20,000 nt of DNA from Cirrosporium novae-zelandiae (taxonomy: Eukaryota). Positions 18,841 to 20,000 of the stretch are shown here, one piece after another. Position 1 is the first letter of the stretch. Every line of letters starts with the position of its first letter. The translations under genes and the position numbers were made by a program. The notes under the pieces were generated by a model. That model was not told the origin of the DNA, did not search any database, and was given only the letters and a program-made list of their open reading frames with translations. The DNA lies in NCBI GenBank assembly GCA_026023565.1, contig JAPETS010000041.1:238499-258498 (forward strand). Reading direction: 5' to 3'.

Positions 18841-19580
18841 TGGTTGTATACAAGACTGAAGGTTGCCGGAATACTTCTATTCCATTTTTAATAGACCTTG
18901 GTGTTGGGACAACTTCTTCCGAAAAGGGGGTTGGGGCGTATGTTTGTGGTATACTTGGGACAGAAATGATATATTGGCGGGTCTTTTGTTATTTCCTTTT
19001 CCACTTGTACCCTTTTCCTTTTTTCAGCTGGGGTCTTAGTTTCCCCCCTTATTGCATTGATGGCGGTCATGGGAGCAAGCGAGCGTGCATTTCTCTCCCC
19101 CTTTTTGTTATCATGGCGTTTTAATCTGGGGTGGTTCAAGGGGTTAACGGCCAGGAACACAAAAGCACAATTACTAGCAAATATTTTAAAGGGCGATGAT
19201 GGACGGATAGGTGGGCGGGTGGGCGAATTGGTTGTGATATAATATCATGGGCGTATGAAGGAACAGGTATGCCTGATGGATGGACGAAAAAACGAAAAAA
19301 ACAGAACAGAACAGAGCAAAAGTTTTAAAAACCGAGCTAAGTATCTATATTTTTCTAATTACATTCTAAATCCAAATCTAAATAAAAAATACGTACGAGA
19401 ATGGAAAAGAACAAATGAAAATGTTGAGTTGTTAGACTAATTCGTTGATTGATTCCATTGGGATGTGGTGTGTGGCAAAGTATGGCGTGGCGAGGTGAGG
19501 TGGCTTTGCATCCATAATACTCATATTTATTTATTTTCCTTGTGCACTTACCACACAGTACTGTACTGTACCATATCATA

Positions 19581-19618
19581 CCTAACCACCTAACCATCTA
19601 ACCACCTAACTAACCACT
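19581..19618. repeat. Tandem (CCTAACCA)-like 8-mer, ~4.5 degenerate copies
   Basis: cctaaccacctaaccatctaaccacctaactaaccac. Confidence 0.85.
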
Positions 19619-19777
19619 TATCCAAAATCCGACCCAGAAACCCAACCCAGATAGCCTCCAAGGATATCTATTGTATATACCTACATTTCCCTGTGTCGAA
19701 TGCCATAGATACCATGGTCTAGACTACCAGAATTTTTGGGATCGATATTGATTTGAATTCCCAAGGAGCGCTAATTA

Positions 19778-19993
19778 GTGATTGGTGATTGGTGATACTA
19801 GTATCAGTGTCAGTGTCAGTGTTCTGCTTCTTTTTCTTTTTCTTTTTTTCTTAAGGCGATGGCGTCCGGAGGTGCAGCATACATACATACATACATACAT
19901 ACATACGTAACATATATACATATATATATGCATGCATGATGTGGTCTAGCCTTGTCTGGTCCCGAGGGAGTTAGGGGGGGGGGGGGGGGGGGG
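19778..19993. repeat. Microsatellite cluster: (TGATTGG)n, (TCAGTG)3, T-rich tract, (CATA)7, (TA)n and a poly-G run
   Basis: Read directly: gtgattggtgattggtgat; tcagtgtcagtgtcagtg; catacatacatac...; G20 at 19974-19993. Confidence 0.9.
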
Positions 19994-20000
19994 CGGGTTT

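Noticed and set aside
18840..19597. Short ORFs downstream of the BTB-like gene
   Set aside because: Low-complexity T-rich and A-rich UTR/intergenic sequence with no coding signature.
19581..19618. Telomere-like CCTAAC repeats
   Set aside because: The unit is an 8-mer (CCTAACCA), not CCCTAA; it is short, internal and sits among other microsatellites.

Overview
Gene-dense DNA from a filamentous ascomycete (Pezizomycotina-like), judged by short GT-AG introns with CTAAY-type branch sites and by the protein families present. After joining the split ORFs across introns, eight genes are supported: (1) a rhodanese + PTP-domain MAPK tyrosine phosphatase (-), (2) a Dal5/Tna1-like MFS anion:cation symporter (+), (3) an F-box protein (-), (4) a class 2 mitochondrial dihydroorotate dehydrogenase (+), (5) an intronless non-glycolytic triosephosphate-isomerase-fold protein (-), (6) an intronless RpiB/LacAB-family isomerase (-), (7) a second F-box protein (+), and (8) a protein with a degenerate BTB/POZ-like domain (+). 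Two signals stand out. The TIM-like and RpiB-like pair carries the motif changes of tetrose-phosphate isomerases (LerI/DerI type, erythritol/threitol catabolism), has no kinase or dehydrogenase beside it, and lies near a tandem triplet of CreA-type sites. The adjacent DHODH has several substitutions at normally very conserved active-site and quinone-tunnel positions. Intergenic regions are rich in 7-9 bp tandem repeats and GTAC/TACCTAGGTA palindromes. I found no RNA genes, transposons or CRISPR arrays. All homology calls rest on motif recognition from memory; no searches were run.
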